NCBI RefSeq assembly: GCF_009914755.1
Contig: NC_060947.1
Length of the DNA stretch: 64,000 nucleotides
Reading direction: 5' to 3' (one strand)
Origin: the human T2T-CHM13v2.0 reference genome, Homo sapiens
Each line of letters begins with the position of its first letter. Positions within the stretch are counted from its first letter, which is position 1. This document shows positions 1 to 16,438 of the stretch, in pieces. The notes beneath the pieces were generated by a model. That model searched no databases and was not told where the DNA came from. It saw only the letters and a list, made by a program, of their open reading frames with translations. The position numbers and the translations under genes were made by a program.

Positions 1-1487
<1,487 letters not shown>

Positions 1488-1704
1488 TCTTTTATATTAT
1501 TTTCATTTCTTTATTTTTTCCAGGCTATGCTTTATTTATCATGATCTTTTCCCTTCTCCCTCCACCCACTGACTGCATATAGTAGGAACTCCAGTGTTGG
1601 CTGACTAATAAGCTAAGGCTTTAAAATGACTAGAAACACTAGTTAACATGAGTATAAATTACAATCTTAGGATCATTTGACTCCAAATAGTCCTAATTTT
1701 CAAT

Positions 1705-2085
1705 TTTTCATTTAGCAAACATTTATCAGGCTCTATTGTAGGACCTCTATAGAGCAGAGAAGAAAAGAGGCAAATCCCTGTCTCCTGGAGCTTATGCTTC
1801 TAGTGAGGCAGGGTGGGATGGTGAGCTTCCAACAGTAGGTAATTGTGTGAAGTGAGCTCAGTTAATGCTATCAAGAGAAAGGAAAGATGGTCAAAAAATT
1901 GGGGGGTGGCAGGTGCTGTTTAGACAGAGCCATAAAGGAGGCCTCTGAGTGCAGGCGGGAAGAAGTGGGGCAAGCACATGCTCCCCTTCTGGGGGAGAGC
2001 ACCCAGGTAGGCACCTGGGAGCAGGGACATGGTGGATATACTTGAGGAGGAGCAAAAGGCTGAGCATGAAACTTTAAAGAGAAAC
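1705..2085 (-). mobile_element. L2 3'-end relic
   Basis: CATTTAGCAAACATTTATCAGG...CCCTGTCTCCTGGAGCTTATGCTTCTAGTGAGG resembles the L2 3' end in antisense; highly diverged. Confidence 0.6.
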
Positions 2086-5000
2086 AGGATATTTGCACAG
2101 CTTCCAAAATATTTTCTCCTCACTATAGTACTTTTAATATAGATCCATACACTCTTTGATACTTCTCCCTCTGGTGTGGAGCTTGACTCTCCTACCCTTG
2201 ACTGCAGATTGGCTTCTAACAAATGGGGCGCGGAAAAGGAAAATTAGCATCTTCACGGTGGAGAAACCTGCCATTTGCCCTCAGGACTCAGAAGATAATG
2301 TTCATCGCTCCATTTCAAATGCTTTTATTTCTGTACTGATATTTGTTATTTTTACCCCTACTAATGTTGAGTTTTGTTTGTTCTTGCTTTTCTACTTCTT
2401 TAAGATGCATAATTAGGTTGTTTGTTTGAGGTTTTTCCCTTTTTCTGATGTAGGCACTTATAGCTATAAATTTCCCTCTCACTACTGCTTTTGCTGTATC
2501 CCACAGGTTTTGGTATACTGTGTTTTCATTATCATTTGTTTCAAAAAATTTTCAATTTCCTTCTTAATTCCTTCATTGACCCCCTGGTCATTCAGGAGCA
2601 TATTGTTTAATTTAAATGTGTTTGTATATTTTTCAAAATTTCTCTTCTTTCTTATTTTATTCGACAGTGGTCTGAGAAGAAGCTTGATATTATCTCAATT
2701 TTTCAAATGTTTTAAGACTTGTTTTGTGACATAACATATGTTTTATCATTGAAAATGATCCATGTGCTGAGGAGAAGAATGAGTATTCTGTAGCCTTTGG
2801 ATGAAATATTCTGTTAACATATGTTAGACCCATATATTCCATAGTGCAGATTAACTCCAAGGTTTCTTTGTTAGTTTTCTGTCTGGAAAGTCCGTCCAAT
2901 GCTGAAAGTGGGGTGTGGAAGTCTCCAACTATTACTGAGGTCTATGTATCCCTTTAGCTACAATAATATATTCTTTATATATTTGAGTGCTCCAGTGTTG
3001 GGTGCATATATATTTCCTGTCCTATGCAATTGCTGGATTGACCCTTTTATCATCATATAATGACATTCTTTGTGGTTTCTTACAGTTTTTGTCTTTAAAT
3101 CTACTTTGTACAATATAAGTATAGCTACTCCTGCTCTTTGTTGGTTTCCATTGACACAGAAGAGCTTTTTCTGTGACTTTATTTGCAGTTTCTGTGTGTC
3201 TTTATAGGTGAAGTGTATTTCTTGTAGGGAACACATCATTGTTTCTTGTTTTTTCCATTCAGCACTGTCCATATTTCTATTGGAGAGTTTAGTCTATTTA
3301 CATTTAATGTTATGACTGATAATTAGGGACTTACTCTTGCCATTTTGTCAGTTGTTTTCTTATTGTTTTGTGGTCGTATCTGCCTTCTTTCCTCTCTGTC
3401 TTCCTTTTGTGAAGGTAATTTTCTCTGGTGGTATGATTTATTTTCTTGGTTATTTTGTGTGTGCGTGTGTGTTCATTGTGTGTTTTTCTATTTGAGGTTA
3501 CCATGAGGCTTGCAAATATTATCTTGTAACTCATTATTTTAAAATGATGACAACTTAACATTGCTTGCAGAAACAAAGAAACAAACACACAAAAAGCAAA
3601 CTAATAAACACTCTACATTTTAACTGAATTCCCAACCCATTTTTTAACTTTTCATCATTACTATTTGTCTTATTGTACTGTCTATGTTTTGAAAGTTGTA
3701 TTCATTGTTTTCAATTGGTTCATCATTTATTCTTCCTTCTTAAGATTAGTTTACACACCACAATTACGGTGTTGACTATTCTGTGTTTTTCTGCGTGCTT
3801 ACTCTTACCAGTAAATTTTGTACTTTCAGATGATTTATTATTGCTCATTAGCATCATTCTCTTTCAGTTTGAATAACTCCCTTTAGCATTTGTGTAGGAT
3901 AGGTCTAGTGTTTACGAAATCTCTCAGCTTTTGTTTGTCTAGAAAAGTCTTTATTTCTGCTTCAGGCTTGAAGGATATGGTCTCCAGTTATACTATTCTA
4001 TAGTAAACATTTTTTTTTTCCTTTAGCACATTAAATATACCATTCAAATCTCTCCTGGCCTGTAAGGTTTCCACTGATAGGTCTGCTGCTAGACATATTG
4101 GAGTTCCATTGTATGTTATTTGTGTCTTTCCTCTTGCTACTTTTAGGATCCTTTCTTTATTCTTGACCTTTGGGAGTTTGATTATTGATGACTTGATGTA
4201 GTCTTCTTTGTGTTTAATCTGCTTGGTGTTCTATTACATTCTTGTACTTGCATATTAATAACTTTCTCTAGGTTTGAAAAGTTCTGTTATCCCTTTGAAT
4301 AAACTTTCTACCCCTCTTTCTTTCTTGACCTCCTCTTTAAGGACAATACCTCTTAAATTTTCCCTTTTGAGGCTCTTTTCTAAATCTTGTAGGCATGCTT
4401 TATTCTTTGTTTTTCTTTTCTGTTTATTTTCAAATAGCCTGTTTTTATGGTCAAATTCTTTCTTTTGCTTGATCAATTCTGCTATTAAGAGATCTTGATG
4501 CATTCTTCAGTATGCCAATTGCATTTTTAACTCTGGAATTTCTGTTTGATTAGTTTAATTATTTGAATCTTTTTTGTTAAATTTACGTGACAGAATTCTG
4601 AATTCTTTCTCCATGTTATCTTGAATTTCTTTCAGTTTCCTCAAAACAGCTATTTTAAATTCTCTGTCTGAAACTTCACATATCTCTGTTTCTCCAGGAT
4701 TGGTTCCTGGTGCTTTATTTATTTCATTTGATGAGATCATCTTTTCCTGGGTGATCTTGATGCATGTCAATGATTGTCGGTGTCTTGGCATTGAAAAGTT
4801 AGGTATTTATTTTAGTCTGTGCAGTCTGGGATTATTTATGCCCATCCTTCATAAGGAGGCTTTCCAGGTATTTGAAGAAACTTGGGCTCCAAGCCCACTA
4901 ACACTGTGGTTTTTGTAGACTAGTAGAGGTACTGCCTGTGGTCTTGGATAAGATACAGAAGAATTCTCAGAATTACCAGTCAGAGACTCTTGTTCTTTAT

Positions 5001-6014
5001 CCTTACTTTCTCCAAAAAGATGTATGGTACCTCTCTGTGCTGAGCCACATCAAATTGTGGGTGTGGTGATGCAAGAACCCCTGTAGCCACCACCACTGGA
5101 ACTGCACTGGTCAGACCTGAAGGCAGCAGAGCAATGGGTATAGACCTACGCCCACTTTAACCACTACCTGTCTATTACCTATTTTCACTGAAGACCCTAG
5201 GGCTCTACAGTCAGCAGGAGGTGAAACCAGCAAGGTTGGTTTCCTTCCCTTCAGTGAAGCAAGTTACTCCAGGCCTTGTCAGGTCCAGAAATGCTGTCTG
5301 GGAGCCAGGAATTAGAGTTGAAACCTTAAAAATTTGCCCAGTGTTTCATTCTACTGTGGCTAACATTCAAATCACAATATAAAGTCCTTCCCACTATTTC
5401 CTCCCCTTTTTACAGACAGAGGAGCCTCTGCTTGTGGCCACAACCACCACCAGCCCATGGGGCGGTGGGGGTTCTGCTAGGCCACTGCCAATGTTAACTT
5501 AAAATCCAAGGCCTCTTCTGTCTGCTTATGGTGAATGCTTCCAAGGCTATGATTCACCCTTCTTGGTGATGGGCTCCTCTATGGCCTAATACAGGTCCAG
5601 AAATGCTATCCAAAAGCCTAGGCCAGGACTCAGGGACCCCAGGAGGCAGGTTGTTGATCTACCCTACTGTGTCTGAGCTGATGCCTAAGGTGAAAGACAA
5701 AGTCCCCTTTACTTTTCCCTCTGTTTTTCTCAAACAGAAGGAGTCTTTCACAATAGCCACCATAGCTGGGAATATGCTGAGTCACACCTGAAGTCAACAT
5801 GTCTCAGAGTCCAAAGCCCATTGTAGACTACCTGAGTATCGCTGCTGGTTATTCAGGGACCACAGGCTCTTTGGTCACCAGGTGATGAATCCTGCCAAGA
5901 CTGGTCCTTCCATTCAAGGTAGTGGGTTTCCCATTGGCTCAAGATGTGTCTAGAAATGTCATCCATGAGCTGGACCATGGAGTGGGTGCCTCATGACTCT
6001 ACCTGGTGCCCTAT

Positions 6015-6749
<735 letters not shown>

Positions 6750-7259
6750 CTTATCCTACTGTGGCTGACCTGGTATCCAAGGTACAATACCAAGTTCTCT
6801 TTCCTCCTCACCCTCCTGTCCTTAAACAGAAAGAGAGTCACTTTCATTGCTGTGAGCTGTGCAGTCTGAGGTTGAGGTATGGATACCACAAGCCCTCCCT
6901 AAGCTGCCGTGGGTAGTTTCTTCCTGAGTCACATGCCACCTAGTCTTCTGGCTCTGAGCTTAGCCCAGCACTAGGAGTTGCCTAGGAATTGCAACCCTAG
7001 GTCCTAGACTGCCTTTCAAGATTACATAGGACCCTAGAGCATTTTGGTCTGTGGTGGCAAGGCTTGCTCAAAAACTCATGTTCTGACAACTGGGATGGGT
7101 GATTACTCTCTGGCCAGGACTAGTTCAAATGCTCCCTCCATGCATGGGTGCTAGCTGAGCTCAGCATGGCTTTGCTCTCCGATAAGGCAGGGAAGCACTG
7201 TGTTCAATATAAAGTCTCCCAGTGCTGCACTCTCCCTTCCTGAAGTACACAGACTTCTC

Positions 7260-8281
7260 TATCAGGGGAACCCACCCCCAATATTTCAACATAGGTTCTT
7301 TCTATTTTCCATAAGTGTTGGCCGACTGAGAAATAAAAGAAAGAGTACAAAAAGAGGAATTTTACAGTTAGGCTGCCGGGGGTGACATCACATATCAGTA
7401 GGACCATGATGCCCACCTGAGCCTCAAACCAGCAAGTTTTTTATTAAGGGTTTCAAAAGGGGAGGGGGTGTAAAACAGGGAGTAGGTACAAAGATCACAT
7501 GCTTCAAAGGGCAAAAAGCAGAACTACCTATAAGGGTCCAACAAAGATCACAAGGCAAAGGGCAAAAGCAGAACTATTGATAAGGGTCTATGTTCAGTGG
7601 TGCGCATATTGTCTTGATAAACATCTTAAACAACAGAAAACAGGGTTCAAGAGCAGAGAACCAGTCTGATCACAAATTTACCAGGGCAGAGTTTTTCTCT
7701 ACCCTAGTAAACCTGAGGGTACTGCAGGAGACCAGGGCGTATCTCAGTCCTTATCTCAACCACATAAGACAGACGCTCCCAGAGTGGCCATTTATAGACC
7801 TCCCCCCAGGAATGCATTCCTTTCCCAGGGTATTAATATTAATATTTCTTCCTAGGAAAAGAATTTAGCGATATCTCTCCTACTTGCACATCTGTTTATA
7901 GGCTCTCTGCAAGAAGAAAAATATGGCTCTTTTTGCCGGACCCCGCAGGCAGTCAGACCTTATGGTTGCCTTCCCTTGTTCCCTAAAAATCACTGTTATT
8001 CTTTCCTTTTTCAAGGTGCACTGATTTCATATTGTCCAAACACATATGTTTTACAATAATTTGTATAGTTAACACAATTATCACAGTGGTCCTGAGGTGA
8101 TGTACATCCTCAGCTTACAAAGATAACAGGATTAAGAGATTAAAGACAGGCATAAGAAATTATAAAAGTATTATTTAGGAACTGGAAAATGTCCATATTA
8201 AAATGAAATCTTCACAACTTATGTTCCTCTGCCACGGCTCCAGCAGGTCCCTCCGTTCAGGGTCCCTGACTTCTCGCAACA
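7260..8281 (-). mobile_element. MER11 solo LTR (HERV-K11/HML-8, ERVK)
   Basis: Minus strand begins TGTTGCGAGAAGTCAGGGACCCTGAACGGAGGGACC and ends CCCCTGATA; ~1020 bp. 6-bp TSD CTTCTC (7254-7259) / CTTCCC (8282-8287). Confidence 0.9.
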
Positions 8282-9048
8282 CTTCCCACATCATAGGGCC
8301 TTTGGCTGGGGATGGAAGAGAGGTGGTGTCAGTGATCCAAGACTGCTTCTATGGCCCACTCCAATACCTCTTTCAGTGATGAATTTAAAACCAGGTACCG
8401 TGATTATTCACCTGATGTTTGATTCTTATCACGGTGCTTTTCTGTGTGCAGATAGTTGTTAAAATGTGGTATTCCTGCAGAGGGCACACATGACATAGGC
8501 TTCTATTCTGCCATCTTGCTCTGCCCTCCTGTCTCAGATTTGGCCAGAACCTTGTAGAGTAGAAGAGACAGCATGATTGCCTCTCTTCTCATAAGACTTT
8601 TGTGTCTATTAGTTCTACTTAAATGTTATATAACTAATTAATGCAGTGTACAAATTTATTAAATATGATTTAATGAATATGAAATGTAATATTTAATACT
8701 GATTTTATATTGGCTGAAAACAAAAAATAATGAAAAACGAGCCAATAAATTCTAGAACTTCAGATACATCATTAGTTATTAAAAAGTTCTGAGTGTTTGA
8801 TAGGCTCATTGATAGTAATAGTGTTGCAGGCAGACAGCCAGAAAACACTGGGCTTTATTGACTATTTTACTGAAGAAGAACTGCAGAAGACATAGGAGAA
8901 TATCTTCGTGCACAAGGTTTACACAAAAATTTCATAGATATAATAAAGATTATTTAAATCACAAAAGTATAAATGATAAATTGGATATCGCCAATATTAA
9001 AAAATTCTGCTCTTTGAAATATACTGTTTAGAAAATAAAAAAGTCATA

Positions 9049-9172
9049 GGAGGCTGAGGCTGGAAGATCACTTGAGCCCAGGAATTTGAGGCTGCGGTAA
9101 CCTATGATTGTGCCACTGCCTTCTAGCCAGAGTGACAGAGTGAGACCCTATCTCTTCAAAACAAATTTAAAA
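9049..9172 (+). mobile_element. 5'-truncated old Alu right arm (AluJ/FRAM-like)
   Basis: GGAGGCTGAGGCTGGAAGATCACTTGAGCCCAGGAATTTGAGGCTGCGGTAACCTATGAT...GAGACCCTATCTC plus an A-rich tail. Confidence 0.8.
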
Positions 9173-9775
9173 AATGAAAAAAGAGGTCACAGGCTAGGGA
9201 AAATATTTGCAATTCACATATCTGAGAAAAGATTTGTATCTAGGATATGCAAAGAGTTCTTACAAGTAAATAGAAAACAACACAACAAAAAAATGAGCAA
9301 GAGATTTGAACAGACAGTTCATCAAAGAACATATTCAGATGTTAAGTAAGCACAGATAAAGATGTCTAACATCACTAGCCACTGGGAAAAATGCAAATTA
9401 AAACTACAGTATCACTAAATATTGGCTAGAATAAATAAAGTTAAAAATTACTGGAAGTGTAAAGTATAGGTGAAGATACAGAACACTGGAAATCTCATAT
9501 ATTTCTGATGGAAATACAAAAGTGAAGGACAATTTTATAAATATTTTGGTGATCTCTTTCAAAATAAATCATACATATACCATATGACCCAGCAATCCTA
9601 CTCCTAGTTATACATTAATTAAAATGAAAACGTATATCTTTATGCGAAAATTGTACAAAAATGTTTCTAGGAGTCTTATTGATAATTGTCAAAAACTGGA
9701 ACAACCCCAAAGCACATTCACTGGCACATATAACAATATATTATGCTACAGTCATACAATAGAATGCTTTTCAGA

Positions 9776-10071
<296 letters not shown>

Positions 10072-10389
10072 CTATTCAGCAACTAAAAAAGATGAAATAC
10101 TAATACTCACAATAACATGGATGAATCTCAAAGGAATTAGGATAAATAAAAGAAGCCAACTTAAAAGGCTGCATACTGCATGATTTCATTTATATAATAT
10201 TCCAGGAAAGACAAAATCATAAGTAGAGAAAGCATTTTAGTGGTTGCCAAGCTTGAGGGATGTTCAAATTTTTTTTTTTCAGAGAACTTACTGTAACAGA
10301 AGCTCATAATTATTTTTGGAGTGATAGATTTTCACAACTGTAGTGACCGTATGATTGTATACAATTGTCAAAACTCATCATGCTACCTA

Positions 10390-13300
10390 CCCCTCCTCCA
10401 TTAAGAAGAATTGAAATAGTGAGTAGTCATACTTTGAATAGATCACCCAAGAGAGAACACTGGAATTTAAAAGAAATGTCACAGAAAACACCTACAGACA
10501 GAAAGAAAAGGAAAACAAAGCAGCCTACTTGTTCAGGTTCAGCTGGGAGCTAGGAAACACCAATTTGAGGAAACAGTAAGTTAAAGATCTCCAGTCGTCA
10601 GCATTCCCACCATGGACTCCTACATTCCTAGCCATAGTAAAGCACTTTGACCCTTCTGGGTCCTGAAACTAAACATAGGGAGTTGCCTGGTCACACAGCC
10701 TGATGGCATTTAAACAGGGAGGTAGCTTGTGCTGGGTACCAGACGCCGAACAAGTGCTAAGCAGCTAAAGTATCCTGCCATTTTATAGCCCAGCTCTAGA
10801 GAAACTGCAGGTTGTCCTAGGGTGCGGTAGTGCTGGGGCTGAAACGTAAACAAAACATGAACTGCTACAGAGGCTGAGGCATGAGCGTGGTGAGGGGTGC
10901 CACTGCCTGACTTGAGAGGCAAACAGGGCAAGTGTTCTCCATCCACTGGTATAGGCTGCTACCACTGAAGGTGGCCCCACCCTCACCAGTTGAAGGGCTA
11001 CAGCATGGCTGCTGCAGATCTCACTCAAGCGTTCTAATGGAGCTCTGGGAATTGCTCTGCCTCTGCCTACATGGCAGGTATCTGCACACTATTGGGGGCC
11101 TATGTATAAATTTGTCCAGCCCGACTTTGTCTCCCCCAAACCTGTGCAGTCTATGGGCCTTGGAAATTCCCAGCTCAGTCTACCGCTGTTGGTACCTGCA
11201 CATCCCTCCAAGATGTCCATGATTGTGTTTACTACCCAGCTGCTACCACCACAGCTGGCACTTCTCTGCATGCACCACCTGTGGGCCTAGAGACTGGCCC
11301 ACCCATCCCACGACAGAAAGTGCCAAGCAAGCACGTGCTACTCAGGACACAAAAGGTCATCCTGCCATGCTATTCCCATCATCCCCACCACACTGGCCCT
11401 GAGAATCTGCCCAACTGCCCAGCCTGCCACTGCCACTACTGGCATCTAAGCAAGCCACCTAAAGACCCGAGAATTGGCCAGCCAGGACCTGCTGACACCA
11501 GTGCCAACACATGCTTCCATGAGATCCAAAGACAGGTATGCTTAGCCCAAAACTGCCACCACTGCAATTGTATTTATATCAGATAAAACAGATTTCAACT
11601 CAAAAACAGTTAAAAAAAGAGACAAAGACAGTTATTATATGAAGATGAAGGGCATAATTGAACAAGAAGATATAACAATTCCAAACCTTTATACACCCAC
11701 CAACTATGTATCCAGATATATAAAGCAAATATTATTAGATTTAGAGGAAGAGACAGACTCCTATTCAATAATTCTTGGGAATTTCAACACCCCAATATTA
11801 GTGTTGGATCATCTAGATGGAAAATTAACAAACAAACATTAAATTTAAATTTCACATGAGAACAAATAGACCTAACAGACATTTGCAAAGCATTTCATCC
11901 AATAGCTACAGGATACAGTCTTCTCATCAGCACACAGAACATTCACCAGAATAAACCATATTAGGCAACAAAACAAGTATAAACACATTTTTTTAAAAAT
12001 CAAAATCATATCAAGTATATGCTCAGATCCCATGAAATAAAACTAGAAATCAATACCAAGAGGAGGTTTGGAAACTGTACAATGAGATAGACATTAGGAA
12101 ACATGCTCCTGAATGACCACTGAGTCAAGGAAGATATTAAGGAGGAGATCAAAAAGTTTCTTAAAACAAATGAAAATCAAAATGCCACATGGCAGCATTT
12201 TGCAAAATACAGGATGCAGGATAGAGCGAAAGCAGTGTTAAGAGAGAAGTTTATAACAATAAACACCTACATAAAAAAGTGGAAAGATTTCAAATAAACA
12301 ATATAATAATGCACCTCAAGTAACTAGAGAAACAACAAGTCAGACCCCAAATTAATAGGCGGAAATAAAAAATAAAGACCAGTATATAGCTAAAGAAATA
12401 AAAACTGAAGAAAAGGATTGCAAAAAGAAAACAGTTGTTTTATAAATTTGATAAAGCACGTGCTACATTAACCAAGAAAAAAAAGATCCAAATAAACGAA
12501 ATCAGAAATGAAAATGGAATTACAAGTGCTAACACAGAAATACAAAATATCATCAGAGAGTATTATGAGCAAAGATATACTACCAAACTGGAAAACCTAG
12601 AGGAAAGGAATAAATTCTTAGAAACATACAGCTTGCCAAGATTGAATCAAGAAAAATAAAACAGAAAGCTGAACAGGCCAATAATAAGTAATAAGATTGA
12701 ATCAGTTATAAGTCTCCCAACAAAGAAAAATTCCAGGCCCAGATTGATAATACCAATTCTCCTCAAACTATTCCAGAAAAAAAAGAAAGAAAGGAAAAAA
12801 AACAAAAATAAAAAAACATTGAGGAGAAATTCTCCCTAACTCACTCTACAAGGCCAGCATTATCCTGATACCAAAACGAGACAAGGGTACAACAACAAAA
12901 AAGAAAACTACAGACCAATATCAACAATGACCATAGATGCAAAAATTCTCAACAGAATGCTAACAAAAAAATTTCAGCAGCATATCAAGAAAATAATAAA
13001 CTATGATCAAGTCAGATTTGTCTGAGGAATGCAAGTATGGTTCAATATACCCAAATTAATAAATGTGATAGATTACATCAACAGAATAAAGAACAAAATC
13101 CATATGGTCATCTCAATTGGTGCCAAAAAAGCATTTGATAAAATTCAATATCCCTTCATGCTAAAATTGTTCAACAAACTAGGCATACAAAGAACATATC
13201 TCAACATAATAATGGCCATATATGACAAACTCACAACTAATATCATACTGAATGGAGAAAAACTAAAAGGCTTTTTTTCTAAAAACTGGAACAAAACTAG

Positions 13301-14635
13301 GATGCCCACTTTAACGACTCCCACTCAACATGGTACTGGAAGTCCTAGTCAGAGCAATCAGGCAAGAGAAATAAATAAAAGACATATAAATTTAGAAAAG
13401 AGAAAGTCAAATTGTCATTTGTTGGTGATACGATCCTATATGTAGAACAACCTAAATCTCCATCAAAAAAACTCTCAGAATTAATAAACTTGCAAAACAC
13501 AAAATCAATATAAAAAAGTAGCTTCTCTATATACCAACAACGAACTATCTGAGAGAGAAGTCAAGAAGGCAATTTCATTTACAATAGCAACAAAAAAAAA
13601 TAATGAGGAATAAATTGAACCAAGGTGGTGAAAAATGTCTACAAGGAAAACTACAAAACACTGATAAAAGTAACTGAAGAGAACACAAAATAATGGAAAG
13701 ACATCTCATGCTTATGGATTGCAAGAATTAATATGGTTAAAATGACCATACTTCCCAAAGTCATCTACAGATTCAATGCAATCCTTATCAAAATACCAAC
13801 ATCATTATTCACAGAATCAGAAACAACAATTATAAAATTTGCATGGAACAACAACAACAACAAAGAATTCAAATAGCCAAAGCAGTTCTGACCAAAAAAA
13901 AAAAAAAAAAATCCCCCAAAATTAAAAAGCTGCAGTGATCACACTACTTGACTTCAAAATATATTACAAGGCTATACCAAACCACCAACCATCCAACCAA
14001 GGCATGGTATTGGTATAAAAACAGACACCTATAACAATGTTACATAATAGAAAACCCTGAAATAAATGCATATACTCATAGCAAACTGATTTTTCACAGA
14101 AGCATCAAGAATATGCAAAAGGGTGCCCTCTTCAATAAATGGTGCTGGGTAAATTAGATATCCATATGAAGAAGAGTAAAACTGAATCACTACCTCTCAT
14201 GTCATACAAAAGTCAATTTAAGATGGATTAAAGACTTAAACATTACACCCCACACTGTAAAACTACTAGATTAAAACATAGGGAAAACACTTCAGGTCAT
14301 TGATTTAGGTAAAGATTTTACCTTTTGGCTAAGACCTCAAAAGCACAGACACAAAAATAAAAACAAACAAATAAAGCTATATTAAACTGAAAAGCTTCTG
14401 CACCACAAAGGGAACAATCAACACAGTGAAGAGACAACCTGTTGAATAGGAGAAAATATTTGCAAACTATTCATCCACCAACAGACTAATATCTAGCATA
14501 TACAAGGAACTCAAACAACTCAACAATTAGAAAATGAAGAATCCCATTTAAAAGGGGGAAAATGTCATGAATTGACATTTCTCAAAAGGAAATGAACATG
14601 CCCAACGGGTATATGGAAACATGCTCAATATCACT
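10390..14635 (+). mobile_element. Old LINE-1 (L1MA-type): 5' region joined directly to ORF2; ORF1 and the 3' end are absent
   Basis: GC-richer 5'-UTR-like sequence to ~11565, then endonuclease (ORF 11639..11842 EDITIPNLYTPT...ILGNFNTP), linker (12435..12659) and RT (13029..13445 [14 protein letters not shown]). Stops abruptly at ATGCTCAATATCACT. Confidence 0.8.
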
Positions 14636-16361
14636 GGTGCAACTTAAATCCTACTTGTTATATTTGAAAAAAGACTGAATATCTCTACAGAAGAAAAAGG
14701 ATAGAAATAATCACACCTAACAACTGTAAGTTGTTAATTATAACCAAGAATTATGTTTCTTTTTTATTAAAAAGAAAAGACATTTTCATGCAAAGCTTAA
14801 GTAGTACATATTCATCACACTTTGTTCTTATCTGCTGCAATTAATCCAAAATGTTCAAGGAAGTTAGCTCTTATTATGCCCCAGAGTAGTCATTACATGA
14901 GGTAGCTATTAGTAGGCAAGTATTATTCCTTACAAAAGCTTCATTGTTTTATCCTTCACTCTTCATTTTAAGATAACTTCTTTCTTCAAAAGCCCTTCTG
15001 CATCCAATTCAGGTTATTTTCTTTCACTTATTCCCACAAAAGGAAAATTTCTAAAACACATAAAATGAAAATAAAGTGACTTTTTACAATCCATGTATAT
15101 ATGACAACTTTACTCACTTTGCCCTTCTTAAGTAACATTCTCAAAAGACTGTCAAATGAAGAGACATTATACTACAACTTAGCTAGGTGAAATGTACATT
15201 TCTTTATTTGTGTAAGAAGATATATTCCAATAATGAAGAAGACTACGTGGTGTGAAGAGACAGAAGAAAATTCGTATACAAGTGAAAGTCATTTTCAATT
15301 TTCCACTGAAATATCTGAGAATATATACATATACATATATATATAACAAAATCATAAAAAATGTCTGACAACCAGTTGCCATAATTAATGAAGAATTTCC
15401 AGTACTTTTAAGGCTAATGGAGGAAGGTTCAAGCAAATAATTAGTGGCCAATCTCACTATCTATGAAATATGACATAGCTTGAAAAAAGACAAGTAGCTC
15501 ATTTAAAAAAAATCTTCCATTAAATATTACTTATATCTGAGACTCTGAAACCCAGGGTAAGTACTAATGAGATAATTAGACAGCCATTCCATTGTCATAG
15601 CAATTAATGTTTGCATTCTATCTATATATTTACCTACCTCTCTATGATCTGTTTATTCATCTGTCTATCTAATCTGTTCATTTATCCATGTGATAAAGTT
15701 TAATCCCAAGAAATCATTGCAGGCTTATGAGAGAGACTAAATGTCATGCTTTTGGAGCAGCAGTCTTGAAAATGTGAAATATTATTTGGGAATGAGAATG
15801 GAACAACCTGTGTGGAATATGCAGATCAAAAGTGTGCTTTGGTTTCAAAGCTAAATAATAGAAATATGATCTATTATTTCCTGGATTTATTATTCTTCAT
15901 CACTATATGGTACATTTCAGTAGCTTTTTAATTATAACATAAGCTGTATAAGAGCAGATGTTAATCTGATTTTGTCTGTTTGTATTCTATCAAGAACAAT
16001 GCCTGGCACATTGAGATGCTCAACCAACATCAAATGATTGATTAAAAGATGTTTCTAATATAGTGTTGAGGAAAATCTGAATAAATTATATATTTATAGT
16101 TTATCTATTTCTACCCTCTACTGGAATCCACTTTTCTTCAGAGCAGGAAAGATATCTTACTGGTTTACAAATATCCAAGCACACAGGACAGTGTCTGGAA
16201 TGTAAGTGAATGTTTTTTCAGTTAATTAAAGATTTGTGCCAGAGAGAAAATAGAAGCCGGAAGGTATACAACATAGAATAAATAAAAATTATAAAAATGT
16301 ATTGTGATCAATTGTTTCATTTTACCCATTGAAAAGGTAAAAAAATAATAATAATTTCCAG

Positions 16362-16406
16362 TGTATTAGTATGGTTTCTCCAGAGAAATGGAGAGAGACA
16401 GATAGA

Positions 16407-16438
<32 letters not shown>

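Noticed and set aside
2140-2275. Possible L1MC/MD 3' UTR fragment
   Set aside because: Too short and diverged to assign without a database search.
15179-15457. 92-aa minus-strand ORF or terminal exon with AATAAA
   Set aside because: There is no recognisable protein similarity, the ORF includes a (TA)-rich stretch, and the acceptor is weak.
15551-15562. Isolated consensus splice sites (AGG|GTAAGT here, acceptor at 19581, AAG|GTAAGG at ~30017)
   Set aside because: There are no convincing partner sites, and such matches are expected by chance in 64 kb.
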